Assembly (NCBI GenBank): GCA_963764715.1
Contig: CAVXTP010000021.1
Coordinates: 192,001 to 256,000, forward strand
DNA: 64,000 nucleotides
Source of the DNA: an uncultured Acidobacteriota bacterium
GTDB taxonomy: Bacteria > Acidobacteriota > Thermoanaerobaculia > UBA5066 > Gp7-AA6
Direction of reading: 5' to 3'
Positions 21,986 to 33,853 of this stretch are shown one piece after another (within the stretch, counting starts at the first letter, position 1; each line of letters opens with the position of its first letter). Made by a program: the position numbers and the translations under genes. The notes under the pieces were generated by a model, which was not told the DNA's origin, made no database searches, and saw nothing but the letters and a program-made list of their open reading frames with translations.

Positions 21986-24618
21986 CCCTCGCCTCGGGAA
22001 CGAAGCTCGGCCCGTACGAGATCCTCTCGCCGCTCGGCGCCGGAGGGATGGGAGAGGTATACCGGGCGCGGGACGCCAAGCTCAACCGCGAGGTCGCCAT
22101 CAAGGTGCTGCCGGAGGCGGTGGCGGAGGACGCGGAGCGTCTGGCGCGATTCCAGCGCGAGGCGCAGGTCCTGGCGTCGCTCAATCACCCGCACATCGCG
22201 GCGATCTACGGGCTGGAGAAGGTCGGCAACGTCGAGGCGCTGGTGCTGGAGCTCGTCGAGGGAGAGACGCTCGCCGAGCGTATCGGGGCCGGGCCCATTC
22301 CGGTCGACGAGGCCCTGGCGATCGCTCGCCAGATCGCGGACGCGCTCGAGGCCGCGCACGAGAAGGGGATCGTGCACCGGGACCTGAAGCCGGCCAACGT
22401 GAAGGTGACGCCGGACGGCAAGGTCAAGGTGCTCGACTTCGGCCTCGCGAAGGCGCTGTCGGGTGACGCCTCGTCCCCCGACCAGACGCACTCGCCGACA
22501 CTCACCGCGGCGGCCACGCAGGCCGGCGTCGTCATCGGGACGGCGGCGTACATGTCGCCCGAGCAGGCGAGGGGCAAGGCCGTCGACAAGCGCGCCGACA
22601 TCTGGGCCTTCGGCGCCGTGCTCTACGAAATGCTCGCGGGCCAGAAGGCGTTCGAGGGCGACACGGTCTCGGACACGCTGGCCGCCGTGCTGCGCGCCGA
22701 CATCGACTGGTCGCGCCTGCCGTCGTCAACGCCTCCGGCCGTGCAGAACGTCCTGCGCCGGTGCCTCGATCGCGACCCCAAGCACCGCCTGCGCGACATC
22801 GGAGACGCGCGCATCGCTCTCGAGGACCTCGCGTCGAGCAGCAGCGGCGCCGCCGCGCCTGCGGAATCGCCGGCTGCCCCCGTGCGTCGCCCGGCATGGC
22901 CCTGGCTCGCGGCGGTGATCGCGGCCCTGCTTGCCGGGACGGCTGCCGGCCGATTCGCGCTGGCTCCCCGCCGCTCCTCGGCGCGGCCCGTCCGCTTCGA
23001 GATCAGCGCGGGCACCGTCTCGTCGGCCGCAATTTCTCCGGACGGGCGGCAACTCGCGATCGCTTCGCGCGGCAAGCTCTGGGTCCGCGATCTCGCCCGG
23101 CTCGAAATCCGTGAGATCGAGGGGACCGACGGCGCCGTCCGGCCTTTCTGGTCGCCGGACAGCCGGACGATCGCCTTCGGCGCCCACGGGAAGCTGTGGA
23201 AGGTGCTGGCCGAAGCGGGAGCCCCGTCCGCCATCTGCGAGCTGGCGGGCGGCCTCTGGGACGACGATGCCGGCGGAGCGTGGCTGTCGGACGGCACGAT
23301 CGTCTTCAGCAACGGCAACGCCGGACTCTGGCAGGTGTCTTCGCAGGGCGGCGATCCGATCGAGGTGCTCAAGGTCGACCCGAAGCAGGAGCTCGACTTT
23401 CATACGGCGAGCGCCCTTCCCGACGGCCGCAGCGTGGTCTACGTGATCCACCGCGCCGCCGAAGGCGCCGGCGCCGACACGCTGGGGATCTGGTCCGGCG
23501 GAAAGGCGCGGCGGCTGTTCGAGGCGAAGGGCCAGTCCCTGGACAATCCGGTTTACTCGCCGAGCGGCCATGTCCTCTTCGAGCGCAGCCCCACCAATGC
23601 CGGCGTGTGGGCGCTCCCGTTTTCGTTGAAAAGGCTCGCGGCGACGGGTGAGGCGTTTCTGGTGTCGTCGGGCGCTCGGGGCCCGAGCGTGGGCTCGGAC
23701 GGAACCCTGGTCGTCCTTCCGCCTCGCCGCCGCCGTCCGATCAACCTGGCCTGGGCCGACCGGGACGGAAAGATCCTGGGCCGCGTCGACGAGCCCCGCC
23801 TCCGCGGCCTTTCCGCGATCTCGCCGGACGGCGATCGAATCGCCGCTACGGAGGTCAGCGACGGGAAGCGGGACATCTGGCTCTACGATCTCAAACGCAA
23901 CACGCGCATCCGCCTCACGAACGACGGCGGGGCCGAATCGCCGGTCTGGCTGAAGGATGGCCGGAGCATTCTGTACGAGAGCCGCGCCGCATCCGCGGGC
24001 TCGATCCGGCGGGTGCTGGCCGACGGCTCGGGGCGCGCGGAGGACATCGTTCCGGGTGCGGGACGGCCCGGAGTTTCTGCGCGCGGCGACCTCTTTTTCT
24101 ACGCGACGCGCAGCGGGGACGGATGGCGTCTCTGGTATCGCTCCCTCGCGGACGGAAAAGAAAAGCCCGCTCTTTTCCTGGACCAGGCTTTCTACTCGAT
24201 CGACGCCGTCCCATCGCCGGACGGCCGGTTCGTCGCGTACGAGGCATGGTCCGGGCCCGGCGCGTCGGAAATCTTCCTGCGGCGCTTCCCTCCGTCCGAG
24301 GGCGTCTGGCAGGTATCCTCGAACGGCGGAACCTCGCCGCGCTGGTCGTCCGATGGCCGGCTCTTTTTCGCGCAGGGCGCCGACATCCTGGAGGTGCCGC
24401 TGACCACAGACCCGGACGTCCGGCTCGGCGCCCCGACGCGGCTCTTCCGGCGGACGTCGCCGGGAGGCGGCAACGTCCCGCCCGCATTCGACGTCTCGCC
24501 CGACGGAAAGCGCTTTCTGATCTACGAGCCCGCCGGCGACATGACGGACGAGCGAATCGTGGTCGCCCTGGACTGGTTCGCGGAGCTACGCCGCGGCACC
24601 GGCGAGCCTCCAAAGTAG
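21982..24618 (+). CDS. Receptor-like Ser/Thr kinase K8
   Basis: ATG 21982 overlaps K7 stop, [13 protein letters not shown]; kinase motifs; TM; propeller; VALDW end. Confidence 0.95.
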   Translation: MTLASGTKLGPYEILSPLGAGGMGEVYRARDAKLNREVAIKVLPEAVAEDAERLARFQREAQVLASLNHPHIAAIYGLEKVGNVEALVLELVEGETLAERIGAGPIPVDEALAIARQIADALEAAHEKGIVHRDLKPANVKVTPDGKVKVLDFGLAKALSGDASSPDQTHSPTLTAAATQAGVVIGTAAYMSPEQARGKAVDKRADIWAFGAVLYEMLAGQKAFEGDTVSDTLAAVLRADIDWSRLPSSTPPAVQNVLRRCLDRDPKHRLRDIGDARIALEDLASSSSGAAAPAESPAAPVRRPAWPWLAAVIAALLAGTAAGRFALAPRRSSARPVRFEISAGTVSSAAISPDGRQLAIASRGKLWVRDLARLEIREIEGTDGAVRPFWSPDSRTIAFGAHGKLWKVLAEAGAPSAICELAGGLWDDDAGGAWLSDGTIVFSNGNAGLWQVSSQGGDPIEVLKVDPKQELDFHTASALPDGRSVVYVIHRAAEGAGADTLGIWSGGKARRLFEAKGQSLDNPVYSPSGHVLFERSPTNAGVWALPFSLKRLAATGEAFLVSSGARGPSVGSDGTLVVLPPRRRRPINLAWADRDGKILGRVDEPRLRGLSAISPDGDRIAATEVSDGKRDIWLYDLKRNTRIRLTNDGGAESPVWLKDGRSILYESRAASAGSIRRVLADGSGRAEDIVPGAGRPGVSARGDLFFYATRSGDGWRLWYRSLADGKEKPALFLDQAFYSIDAVPSPDGRFVAYEAWSGPGASEIFLRRFPPSEGVWQVSSNGGTSPRWSSDGRLFFAQGADILEVPLTTDPDVRLGAPTRLFRRTSPGGGNVPPAFDVSPDGKRFLIYEPAGDMTDERIVVALDWFAELRRGTGEPPK

Positions 24619-24628
24619 GACGAAACAC

Positions 24629-27316
24629 GTGACGCTCGCCGCCGGAACCAAGCTCGGGCCCTACGAGATTCTGTCGCCGCTCGGCGCCGGTGGGATGGGG
24701 GAGGTGTACCGGGCGCGCGATGCCAAGCTCAACCGCGAGGTCGCGATCAAGGTCCTGCCGGAAGCGGTGGCGGAGGACGCGGAGCGTCTGGCGCGGTTCC
24801 AGCGGGAGGCTCAGGTCCTGGCGTCGCTCAATCACCCGCACATCGCGGCGATCTACGGGCTGGAGAAGGCCGGCAACGTCGAGGCGCTGGTGCTCGAGCT
24901 CGTCGAAGGCGAAACGCTCGCGGAACGGATCGCCGCGGGGCCCATCCCTCTGGACGAGGCTCTGCCGATCGCTCGCCAGATCGCCGACGCTCTGGAAGCG
25001 GCGCACGAGAAGGGGATCGTGCACCGGGATCTGAAGCCGGCCAACGTGAAGATCACGCCGCAGGGCAAGGTCAAGGTGCTGGACTTCGGACTGGCGAAGG
25101 CGCTGACGGGGGACCGGTCATCTCCGGACCAGACGCATTCGCCGACGCTGACCGCGGCGGCGACGCAGGCGGGGGTCGTGGTCGGGACGGCGGCGTACAT
25201 GTCGCCGGAGCAGGCGCGCGGCAAGTCGGTGGACAAGCGGGCGGACATCTGGGCGTTCGGGGCGGTCCTGTTCGAAATGCTCGCGGGGCGCAAGGCGTTC
25301 GAGGGCGAGACGGTGTCGGACACGCTCGCCGCGGTCCTGAAGACGGATCCGGACTGGAGCGCGCTGCCACGCGAGACCCCGGCCACGGTCCGGCGTGCGC
25401 TTCGGCGCTGCCTCGACCGGGACGCGAAGACTCGCTTCCACGACATCGCGGACGCGCGCATCCAGATGGACGAGGCAGTCGAGCCGGCCGCGGCGAGCGC
25501 CGCGCCGGCGGCTGCGGCGCGGCCCCGCAGCCGGCGGCTGGAATGGGCCGTCGCCGCGCTTCTCGCGGCCGTCGGAGCGGTCGGCTGGTGGCGCGCCCTG
25601 TCGGCGCCGAAGCCGGCGCCCGCGGCCCGCACCGCCTTCGCCGTGGCGATCCCAGAGGGAGACGTCGTCGCCTACGACGACACGCCGATCCTCTCCCTGT
25701 CCCGCGACGGCCGGCGGCTGGTGTATGCCGCCGAGCGGGCCGGCGCTCGGGCCCTTTTCCTGCGGACGCTCGGCGAGATCGAGCCCCGACCGCTCGAAGG
25801 CACGACCGGCGCGCGGAGTCCCTTCTTTTCGCCCGACGGCCAGTGGGTCGGGTTCTTTGCCGAAGGGGGCAAGCTGAAGAGGTCGCCGGTCTCGGGCGGG
25901 CCGCCACAGTTGATCTGCGAGGGCGTGAACGCGCAGCGCGGCGCGGTCTGGGCCGACGACGACACGATCATTCTGACCGCGGACTACGCGGCGGGGCTCT
26001 CCCGGGTTTCCGCCAGGGGAGGAAAGATCGAGCCGCTGACGAAAGTCGACGCCAAGAAGGGCGAGCGCACGCACCGGTGGCCCGACCTTCTGCCGGACGG
26101 CCAGAGCGTTCTCTTCACGATCGGTTCGGACAAGAGCCCCGGCAACTACGACGACGCGAAGATCGCGTTGTTCGACCGCAAGACCGGGCGCGTCCGCATC
26201 CTGCTCGAGGGCGGAAGTATGGCGCGCTATTGCCCGCCGGGCTACCTGCTCTACGTCCGTTCGAGGTCCCTGCTCGCGGTGCCCTTCGACGTGGCGCGCC
26301 GTGAGGTCGTGGGGGAGCCCTTTCCGGTGCCGGAGAAGATCGCGGGCGATCCTTCGAGCGGGATCGGCTACTTCGCGGTGGGAGGCGACGGATCGCTTGC
26401 CTTCGTTCCCGGCACGGCCGTGGCGGCCGAGAGCAAGCTGGTCCTGACGGACCGCAAGGGTGTGGCCACCGAGCTGCCGCTGCCGCCGCGCCAGTACCGG
26501 TTCCCGCGCTTCTCGCCCGACGGCACGAAGATCGCGTTTTCGATCGGAAGCGGCCGGGGTGCCGACGACGAGGTCTGGATCTACCAGCTCTCGGGCGGCG
26601 GCCTGACGCGTCTGACTTTTTCGAGCGGCAATTTCTGCCCGATCTGGTCCGGAGACGGCCGGCGCCTCGCCTACGTGTCGGCCCGCCCCACCAACGAGGG
26701 AATCTACGCGCGGCCCGCCGACGGCAGCGGGGCGGAAGAGTGGCTCTACGGCGATTTCACGGCCCGACTCCCCTCGGATTGGTCGCTCGACGGCAAGACG
26801 CTGCTCTTCACGCACCCCTCCAACCAGGTCTGGGTCGCGGCGTTGAAGGGCGCCGCGACTCGGTCGGGGGCGCCGGGAAACGACTCCCACATGATCGAGG
26901 CGAGTGCGTACGGTGGAGTCTTCTCTCCGGACGACCGCTGGATCGCCTACGCGGCTTCCGTCTCCGGTGCGGTCTCCGAGCTGTTCGTCCAGGCCGCCGA
27001 GGGAGCGGCCGCCAAGTGGCAGCTCACGACCGACGGCGGAGGCCAGCCGGTCTGGGCGGGGAACGAAATCTTCTTCATTCACGCTCCCTCGCAGGTCCGA
27101 GTGATGTCGGTCCAGACGCAGCCCGTGTTCCAGGCGGGCAAGGCGGAGACGCTCTTCGAGGGCCAGTTCGAGCTGCGCACCGCGCCGCTGCGCAACTACG
27201 ACGTCTCCCGCGACGGAAAGCAGTTCGTCTTCGTCCGGGGCGGCTCGGACCTCGGGGCGCGGGAGGTGGACGTCGTGCTCCACTGGGGACTGGAACTCGG
27301 AGGTCGAAACAGATGA
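24629..27316 (+). CDS. Receptor-like Ser/Thr kinase K9
   Basis: GTG start; kinase nearly identical to K8; different propeller; VVLHW end. Confidence 0.95.
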   Translation: MTLAAGTKLGPYEILSPLGAGGMGEVYRARDAKLNREVAIKVLPEAVAEDAERLARFQREAQVLASLNHPHIAAIYGLEKAGNVEALVLELVEGETLAERIAAGPIPLDEALPIARQIADALEAAHEKGIVHRDLKPANVKITPQGKVKVLDFGLAKALTGDRSSPDQTHSPTLTAAATQAGVVVGTAAYMSPEQARGKSVDKRADIWAFGAVLFEMLAGRKAFEGETVSDTLAAVLKTDPDWSALPRETPATVRRALRRCLDRDAKTRFHDIADARIQMDEAVEPAAASAAPAAAARPRSRRLEWAVAALLAAVGAVGWWRALSAPKPAPAARTAFAVAIPEGDVVAYDDTPILSLSRDGRRLVYAAERAGARALFLRTLGEIEPRPLEGTTGARSPFFSPDGQWVGFFAEGGKLKRSPVSGGPPQLICEGVNAQRGAVWADDDTIILTADYAAGLSRVSARGGKIEPLTKVDAKKGERTHRWPDLLPDGQSVLFTIGSDKSPGNYDDAKIALFDRKTGRVRILLEGGSMARYCPPGYLLYVRSRSLLAVPFDVARREVVGEPFPVPEKIAGDPSSGIGYFAVGGDGSLAFVPGTAVAAESKLVLTDRKGVATELPLPPRQYRFPRFSPDGTKIAFSIGSGRGADDEVWIYQLSGGGLTRLTFSSGNFCPIWSGDGRRLAYVSARPTNEGIYARPADGSGAEEWLYGDFTARLPSDWSLDGKTLLFTHPSNQVWVAALKGAATRSGAPGNDSHMIEASAYGGVFSPDDRWIAYAASVSGAVSELFVQAAEGAAAKWQLTTDGGGQPVWAGNEIFFIHAPSQVRVMSVQTQPVFQAGKAETLFEGQFELRTAPLRNYDVSRDGKQFVFVRGGSDLGAREVDVVLHWGLELGGRNR

Positions 27317-30006
27317 CGCTCGCGGCCGGGACCAAGCTGGGGCCCTACGAGATCCTCGCGCCGATCGGGGCCGGGGGGATGGGCGAGGTTTACAGGGCGC
27401 GGGACGAGCGACTGGAGCGGACGGTCGCGGTCAAGGTCCTGCCGCCGCACCTGTCGTCGAGTCCGGAGCTGCGGCAGCGTTTCGAGCGCGAGGCCAGGAC
27501 GATCTCGCAGATCTCCCACCCGCACATCTGCGCGCTCTACGACGTCAACCGCGAGGGCGAGACCGAATACCTCGTCATGGAGTACCTCGAGGGCGAGACG
27601 ATGGCGGACCGCCTGAGCAAGGGGCCGCTTCCCGCAGAGCATCTTCTCCGTTACGGGATCGAGATCGCCGACGCGCTCGACAAGGCGCACCGGCAGGGGA
27701 TCGTGCACCGGGATCTCAAACCGGGCAACGTGATGCTGACGAAGTCGGGGGTCAAGCTCCTCGACTTCGGCCTCGCGAAGTTCCAGGCGCCCGGGCGCGA
27801 CGTGTCGTCGGGCGTTTCGCGCCTGGCAACGGAGATGCAGGCGAGCCAGCCGCTGACGGAGCGGGGCACCGTCCTCGGCACCTTCCAGTACATGGCGCCC
27901 GAGCAGCTCGAGGGCAAGGACGCCGACGCGCGGAGCGACATCTTCTCCTTCGGCGCCCTGCTCTACGAGATGGCGACGGGCAAGAAGGCGTTCTCGGGCT
28001 CGTCGCAGGCTTCCCTCATCGGCGCCATCCTGCGCGACGATCCGCCGGCGATCTCGGAGATCTCGCCGATGATCCCGCCGGCCCTGAACCGCGTCGTCAA
28101 GACGTGTCTCGCCAAGGACCCGGAGGACCGCTTCCAGACGGCGCACGACGCGAAGCTTCAGCTCCAGTGGGTCGCCGAGGGCGGGTCACAGGCCGGGCTG
28201 CCGGCGCCCGTCGTCGCGCGCCGCAAGAACCGGGAGAAGCTCGCCTGGGCGGTCGCGGCGGCGGCGATCGTCGCCGCGGGCCTCGCGACGTTCGGCTACT
28301 TGCGCCGGGCGCCGCGGGCGGCGACGCGCGTCGGCGCGTTCGTGCTGCCGGCCGAGAAGTCGGAGCTCCAGTTGTCCGATGCCGGCTGCGGCTCGCTCAC
28401 GGTGTCGCCGGACGGCCGCCTGCTCACGTTCGCCGCGAAGGATGCCGACGGCAAGACCCTCTTGTGGCTGCGTCCCACCGGCGAGCTCGCGGCGAAGCCG
28501 ATCCCCGGGACGCATGGAGCGACGTTTCCGTTCTGGTCGCCCGACAGCCGGTTTCTCGCGTTCTTCGCCGACGGCAAGCTCCAGAAGGTGGACATTTCCG
28601 GGGCGCCCCCGCTGCCCGTGTGCGACGTGGCGAACGGGCGCAGCGGATCGTGGAACCGGGAAGGGATCATTCTCTTCTCGCCGGACACGACGACGGGCCT
28701 CGTTCGGGTCCCCGCGGCGGGCGGCACCCCAAAGCCGGCGACCACCCTCGATACCGCTCGCGGCGAGACGACGCACCGCTGGGCGACGTTTCTGCCGGAC
28801 GGCCGCCACTTTCTCTACATGGCGGGCGCGCATTCGGCCGGCACGAAGAGCGATTCGAACGCGGTCTACGTCGGGGCGCTCGACTCGAGCGAGAAGACCC
28901 TCCTCCTGCAGGCCCGCTCCAACGTCGTCTACGCCTCGGGCTACCTGCTCTACGTGCGCGAGCGGATCCTGCTCGCGCAGCGCTTCGACCCGGCCGCCCG
29001 GCGTCTCGTGGGGGAAGCCGTTCCGGTGACCGAGGGCGTGCAGTACGACCCGGCGTTTTTTCGGGGCGTATTCGCGGCTTCGGAAGACGGCGTCCTCGTG
29101 TACGCCCTCGGCTCGGCGGGTTCGGCCGCGACCCGGCTCACATGGATGGATCGCGCGGGAAAGCCGATCGGCGAGCCCCTCGGAGAGCCGGCGGAGTACC
29201 AGGGCCTTTCGCTCGCGCCGGACGGAAAGCGCATCGCCGCCTGGATCAACGATCCGTCGACGGGCGCCGGATCGATCTGGCTCATCGACAGCCGCGGAGT
29301 CCGCACCCGCTTCACGTTCGGCGAACTCTCGGAGTCGCCCGTATGGTCGCCGGACGGGAGCCGCATCGCGTTCCAGAGGCTGGACAAGAAGGGGGCCGAC
29401 GAGATCCGCGTGAAGGCCGTGAGCGGCTCCGGCCAGGAAGACGTCGTGTTTCATGGGGAGAGGCCGGCGACCCCGCTCGACTGGTCTCCGGACGGCGCGT
29501 ACCTCGCCGTGCAGATGCACCAGCGCAGCGGTGCAACGACGGGCGAAGACATCTGGATGATCCCGCTCTCCGGCGACCGGAAGCCGTTCCCGTTTCTCGC
29601 GGGCGAGTTCAACGAGGCCGGCGCGTCCTTTTCGCAGGACGGCAAGTGGGTGAGTTTCACGTCAAACGAGTCGGGGCGGGACGAGCTGTACGTCGTTCCG
29701 TTTCCGGGGCCCGGCGGCAAGTACCAGATCTCCGCGGGCGGCTCCCAGGGAGGAGCCTTCTTCAAGGGCGGCCGGGAAATTCTCTACGGAAGTCCGGAAA
29801 ACGACCTTGTCTCCGTGGACGTCCACGCCGCTCCCGCGGGCCTCGAGGTCGGCCCGCCGAAAAAGCTCTTCAAGGTCCCTTCAGCTTCCGCCCTCACGAT
29901 CACGCCGGACGGCGAGAGGTTCCTCGTGGCCCTGCTGCCGCAGGGGTCCGCCGCGCCGCGTGTGGCACTCGTGACCAACTGGACGGCGGGGTTCGAGAAG
30001 AAGTAA
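27313..30006 (+). CDS. Receptor-like Ser/Thr kinase K10
   Basis: ATG 27313 overlaps K9 stop; kinase and juxtamembrane close to K2/K3; LVTNW end. Confidence 0.95.
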   Translation: MTLAAGTKLGPYEILAPIGAGGMGEVYRARDERLERTVAVKVLPPHLSSSPELRQRFEREARTISQISHPHICALYDVNREGETEYLVMEYLEGETMADRLSKGPLPAEHLLRYGIEIADALDKAHRQGIVHRDLKPGNVMLTKSGVKLLDFGLAKFQAPGRDVSSGVSRLATEMQASQPLTERGTVLGTFQYMAPEQLEGKDADARSDIFSFGALLYEMATGKKAFSGSSQASLIGAILRDDPPAISEISPMIPPALNRVVKTCLAKDPEDRFQTAHDAKLQLQWVAEGGSQAGLPAPVVARRKNREKLAWAVAAAAIVAAGLATFGYLRRAPRAATRVGAFVLPAEKSELQLSDAGCGSLTVSPDGRLLTFAAKDADGKTLLWLRPTGELAAKPIPGTHGATFPFWSPDSRFLAFFADGKLQKVDISGAPPLPVCDVANGRSGSWNREGIILFSPDTTTGLVRVPAAGGTPKPATTLDTARGETTHRWATFLPDGRHFLYMAGAHSAGTKSDSNAVYVGALDSSEKTLLLQARSNVVYASGYLLYVRERILLAQRFDPAARRLVGEAVPVTEGVQYDPAFFRGVFAASEDGVLVYALGSAGSAATRLTWMDRAGKPIGEPLGEPAEYQGLSLAPDGKRIAAWINDPSTGAGSIWLIDSRGVRTRFTFGELSESPVWSPDGSRIAFQRLDKKGADEIRVKAVSGSGQEDVVFHGERPATPLDWSPDGAYLAVQMHQRSGATTGEDIWMIPLSGDRKPFPFLAGEFNEAGASFSQDGKWVSFTSNESGRDELYVVPFPGPGGKYQISAGGSQGGAFFKGGREILYGSPENDLVSVDVHAAPAGLEVGPPKKLFKVPSASALTITPDGERFLVALLPQGSAAPRVALVTNWTAGFEKK

Positions 30007-30019
30007 GACGGCTCAGCAA

Positions 30020-32692
30020 ATGACGCTCGCCGCCGGAACCAAGCTCGGCCCCTACGAGATCCTGGCGCCCCTCGGCGCGGGCGGGATGGGGGAGGTCTAC
30101 AAAGCGCGCGATACGCGGCTCGAGCGGATGGTGGCGGTGAAAGTGCTGCCGGAGCGGCTGGCGGAGGACGCCGACGCGCTGGCGCGGTTCGGGCGCGAGG
30201 CGAAGGCCGTCGCGGCGCTGTCGCACCCGAACATCCTCGCGATCCACGACTTCGGGCACGAGGGCAGCGTCGCTTACGCCGTGTCCGAGCTTCTCGAAGG
30301 GGAGACGCTGCGCGAAGCGCTGGCGTCCGGACCGCTGTCTTCCCGCAAGGCGAGGGAGTACGGAGTGCAGATCGCGCTGGGCCTCGCCGCGGCGCACGAG
30401 AAGGGGATCGTCCATCGGGACCTGAAGCCCGACAACATCTTCGTGACGCGGGACGAGCATCTGAAGATCCTCGACTTCGGGCTCGCGAAGCCGGGCGCGG
30501 GGCCCGCGACGGCTCGCGACGAGACGCAGTCCCCGACGGTGTCGGGCTACACGGAGCCGGGCAAGGTCATGGGGACCGTCGGCTACATGTCGCCGGAGCA
30601 GGTCCGGGGCATGGCGGTCGACCACCGGTCCGACATTTTTTCTTTCGGGGCGGTGCTGTACGAGATGCTGACGGGAAGCCGCGCGTTTCAGCGGGAAACC
30701 GCGGCCGAGACGATGACGGCGATCCTGAAGGAGGACCCGCGGGAGCCGTCGTCGGTGGGGGCGGACGCGGCGGCGCTCGTCCCGGTGCTGCGGCACTGCC
30801 TGGAGAAGAAACCCGAGAAGCGGTTCCAGTCGGCGAGGGACCTCGCGTTCGCCCTGGAGACGGCGGCCGGCACAACGGGCTCGGCCGCCGTCGCGGCCGT
30901 GCCGCCGCCGCCGCTCTCGGCTGCGCTCGGGAGGTGGCTCGGTGTCGCGGCCCTCGTCGCCGCCGCGGCCGCCGCCGGTTATTTCTTCCGTCCCGGCCGC
31001 GCCGCATCGCCAGAGCCGGACTGGAGCGAGGCGACGATCGCGCCGCTGACGACCGATCCCGGCTACGAAGGGGAGCCGACGTTCTCTCCCGACGGGCAGA
31101 CGATCGCCTACGTCTCCGACCGCGACGGGAACTTCGAGATCTACCTGCAGCAGGTCGCGGGCGGCCCGGCGCTCAATCTCACGAACAACCCGGCCGCGGA
31201 CATCCAGCCCGCGATTTCTCCCGACGGCCGCGAGATCGCCTTCGTCTCGAATCGTTCGGGCGGCACGGACATCATGCACGCGGCCCCCAAGCTGCCCGTC
31301 GTCGGGGGCGACATCTGGGTGATGCCCGCCCTCGGGGGCCCGGCGCGCCGGATCGTTGAGAACGGGAATTTCCCGTCCTGGACACCGGACGGCGCGAACC
31401 TCGTCTACGTTCACGGCACGTTTCGGAATGTGCGAATCGCGATCGTGCCCGCGGCGGGCGGGGAGAGCCGCGACCTGCCGATCGAGGAGCCGTTCGTTCT
31501 CCGCTATTTCTTTCCCAGCATCTCGGAGGACGGAAAGTGGCTCCTCTACCAGAACGGCCACCAGGTCGAGGTCGTCCCCGCGGGAGGCGGAAAGCCGAAG
31601 GAACTCGCCCGGGGCGAGGCGCCCGCGTGGTGGCCCGGTTCGACGAGCGTCCTTTTCACCAGCAACACGCCCGGCAAGGGCCGGAGCCTCTGGAGGGCGC
31701 CGTTCTCGCTCGCGCGCGGCGAACTCTCGGGGCGGCCGCGGCCGCTGACCTTCGGGCGCGGCGCCGACCTCGGAGCGAAGGTCTCGCGGGACGGAAAAAC
31801 GATCGCATTCTCCGCCGTGGAGGAGAGCCTCAACCTCGAGGAGATTCCTTTCGATGCGGAGGCCGGTCGCGTGACCGGCCCGTCCCGGGAATTGACCGCC
31901 GGAAGCAACCGGGTGGGGTTCTTCGATGTCTCGCCGGATGGGAAGGCGGTCGTCTTCGAGGCGGAGCGGGGCGACCGGTCGCATCTCTGGCGTATCGATC
32001 CGCCCGCGCCTCCGGTCGAGCTGACACGGGACCCGGGCTATTCGGATACCTTCCCCGAGTGGTCGCCCGACGGCCGCGACATCGCGTTCTCGCGGGGGAC
32101 GGGTGGTACCGCCGAGGGCGCCCAGTCGCTCTGGATCATGCGGGCCGACGGCACCAACCCTCGGCGGCTCGGCGACTTCTCCGGACAACTGGTCTGGCTG
32201 CCGGATCGGAAGGCGATCGTCCAGCGCGGCCAGTCCATGGTGCGGCTGGATCTCGACTCCGGCGTCACCACCCCCGTCACGCAGGGCAAAGTCATCACTC
32301 TCCTCGCCGCCGATCGCGAAGGGAAGTGGTTGGCGTACCAGACCTCCGAGGGGAGTGCGATGAGGCTCGCGGCCATGCCGGTGACCGGCGGTCCCTCGCG
32401 TCTCGTCTCGACCGCGGGATACGACGCTTACCATCCGCTCTTTTCGCCCTCCGGCCGCTGGATCTACTTCCAGCCCGCTCACAAGAACCTGTACCGGGTG
32501 CCCGGTCCCGCGCAGGACTGGGCGACGGCCGACCCTCAGAAAGTGACGGACTTTTCGGGGCACGATCTCTACATCGAAAACCCCAGGATCACGCGCGACG
32601 GCTCAAAGCTCTTCTACACGCGAGGGCGAAGGACGGGGGATATCTTCATCCTTCGCCTCGGAGCGACGCCGGAAACGAAACCGGCTCGATGA
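30020..32692 (+). CDS. Receptor-like Ser/Thr kinase K11 (PD40-rich ectodomain)
   Basis: Kinase motifs; TM; [23 protein letters not shown] canonical PD40 repeats. Confidence 0.95.
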   Translation: MTLAAGTKLGPYEILAPLGAGGMGEVYKARDTRLERMVAVKVLPERLAEDADALARFGREAKAVAALSHPNILAIHDFGHEGSVAYAVSELLEGETLREALASGPLSSRKAREYGVQIALGLAAAHEKGIVHRDLKPDNIFVTRDEHLKILDFGLAKPGAGPATARDETQSPTVSGYTEPGKVMGTVGYMSPEQVRGMAVDHRSDIFSFGAVLYEMLTGSRAFQRETAAETMTAILKEDPREPSSVGADAAALVPVLRHCLEKKPEKRFQSARDLAFALETAAGTTGSAAVAAVPPPPLSAALGRWLGVAALVAAAAAAGYFFRPGRAASPEPDWSEATIAPLTTDPGYEGEPTFSPDGQTIAYVSDRDGNFEIYLQQVAGGPALNLTNNPAADIQPAISPDGREIAFVSNRSGGTDIMHAAPKLPVVGGDIWVMPALGGPARRIVENGNFPSWTPDGANLVYVHGTFRNVRIAIVPAAGGESRDLPIEEPFVLRYFFPSISEDGKWLLYQNGHQVEVVPAGGGKPKELARGEAPAWWPGSTSVLFTSNTPGKGRSLWRAPFSLARGELSGRPRPLTFGRGADLGAKVSRDGKTIAFSAVEESLNLEEIPFDAEAGRVTGPSRELTAGSNRVGFFDVSPDGKAVVFEAERGDRSHLWRIDPPAPPVELTRDPGYSDTFPEWSPDGRDIAFSRGTGGTAEGAQSLWIMRADGTNPRRLGDFSGQLVWLPDRKAIVQRGQSMVRLDLDSGVTTPVTQGKVITLLAADREGKWLAYQTSEGSAMRLAAMPVTGGPSRLVSTAGYDAYHPLFSPSGRWIYFQPAHKNLYRVPGPAQDWATADPQKVTDFSGHDLYIENPRITRDGSKLFYTRGRRTGDIFILRLGATPETKPAR

Positions 32693-32724
32693 CGTCGTGC
32701 TGGAAAAACGGGAGGCTGAGATGA
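32689..32724 (+). other. Coupled mini-[14 protein letters not shown] bridging K11 and the M14 gene
   Basis: ATGA overlaps at both ends (32689-32692 and 32721-32724); starts ATGACG like the kinase genes. Confidence 0.4.
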
Positions 32725-33788
32725 TCCAGAGGACGCTCTGCGCCGCGATCGGAGTGCTCGTCGGCTGCGTCTGCTCGGCCGCGGGAGCGGGACAGACGCC
32801 GTTCGCCGTCGGGACGGCTTCCGCGAATCCCGGCCAGAAGTCGACCGGGGTTCTCGCGGTCCCCGCGGGCGCCGACGCGGCGCTCGACATCCCCGTCGCC
32901 GTCGTCCGGGGGGCGCGGCCAGGCCCGGTGCTGGCCCTCGTCGCCGGCGCGCACGGGACCGAGTACGCCTCGATCATCGCGATCGAGCGGCTGATCGAGA
33001 CGCTCGACCCGGCCGCGGTGTCCGGCACGGTCATCCTGGTCCCGCTCGTGAACACGCCGTCTTTCGAGCAGAAGGTCCCGCACGTCAATCCGGTGGATGG
33101 CAAGAGCATGAACCGTTTCTATCCCGGCAAGGCCGACGGGACGCAGACGGAGCGGGCTCTTCTTCTGATCACGCGGCAGATCGTCGAGCGGTGCGACTAC
33201 CTGATCGACTTTCACGGCGGCGACCTCGACGAGGATCTGCGGCCCTACAGCTACTGGCTGAAGACCGGAACCGAGAAGCAGGACGCCGCTTCGCGCCAGA
33301 TGGTCCTGGCGTTCGGCCTCGGCACGATCATCATCTCCGCCGACCGGCCGACGGATCCCGGCGCGTCGCGCTATCTCGACAGCACCGCGTCGACCCGAGG
33401 CAAGCCGTCGATCACCGTGGAGGCGGGCCATGCGGGAACCGTCGACCCCGCGGACGTGTCGGCCCTCGTCGACGGGACACTTTCGGTCATGCGGCTGCTC
33501 AAGATGCTGCCCGGAACGCCCGCGATGGTGGATCACCCGGTCTGGATCGAGTCGATCAAGACCGTCGCGAGCGAGCAGACCGGAATCTTCTATCCGCTCG
33601 TCGCCAGCGGAACCTACGTCGCGCAAGGGATGAAGCTCGGGTACGTCACGGACTACGTGGGCCGGAAGGTGTTCGAGGCCCGCGCGCCGGAGGCTGGCAT
33701 CGTGCTCTACATCTGCGCCGTGCCCTCCATGAAGAAGGGCGACACGATCGCCAACATCGGCGTCGTGGCCGCTTCGCCACCGCCATGA
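32721..33788 (+). CDS. Secreted succinylglutamate desuccinylase/aspartoacylase family (M14-like) metallohydrolase
   Basis: GGAGG RBS; signal peptide; GAHGTE (HxxE), MNR, DFHGG, TVEAG. Confidence 0.9.
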   Translation: MIQRTLCAAIGVLVGCVCSAAGAGQTPFAVGTASANPGQKSTGVLAVPAGADAALDIPVAVVRGARPGPVLALVAGAHGTEYASIIAIERLIETLDPAAVSGTVILVPLVNTPSFEQKVPHVNPVDGKSMNRFYPGKADGTQTERALLLITRQIVERCDYLIDFHGGDLDEDLRPYSYWLKTGTEKQDAASRQMVLAFGLGTIIISADRPTDPGASRYLDSTASTRGKPSITVEAGHAGTVDPADVSALVDGTLSVMRLLKMLPGTPAMVDHPVWIESIKTVASEQTGIFYPLVASGTYVAQGMKLGYVTDYVGRKVFEARAPEAGIVLYICAVPSMKKGDTIANIGVVAASPPP

Positions 33789-33853
33789 GTCTCGCTGCGG
33801 CGCCCGTCACGCTGGCGACGAACTGGACCCGGGAGCTGGAGAGGAAGAAATGA
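33785..33853 (+). pseudogene. 22-aa in-frame deletion remnant of a receptor kinase gene (MSLAAAPVTLATNWTRELERKK)
   Basis: First residues match kinase starts (MSLAA in K2); the rest matches kinase C-termini (PMTVVVNW.. K1, [15 protein letters not shown]10); ATGA overlaps at both ends. Confidence 0.75.

Noticed and set aside
5259-32692. Integron cassette array
   Set aside because: No integrase, and gaps are too short or overlapping to hold attC sites
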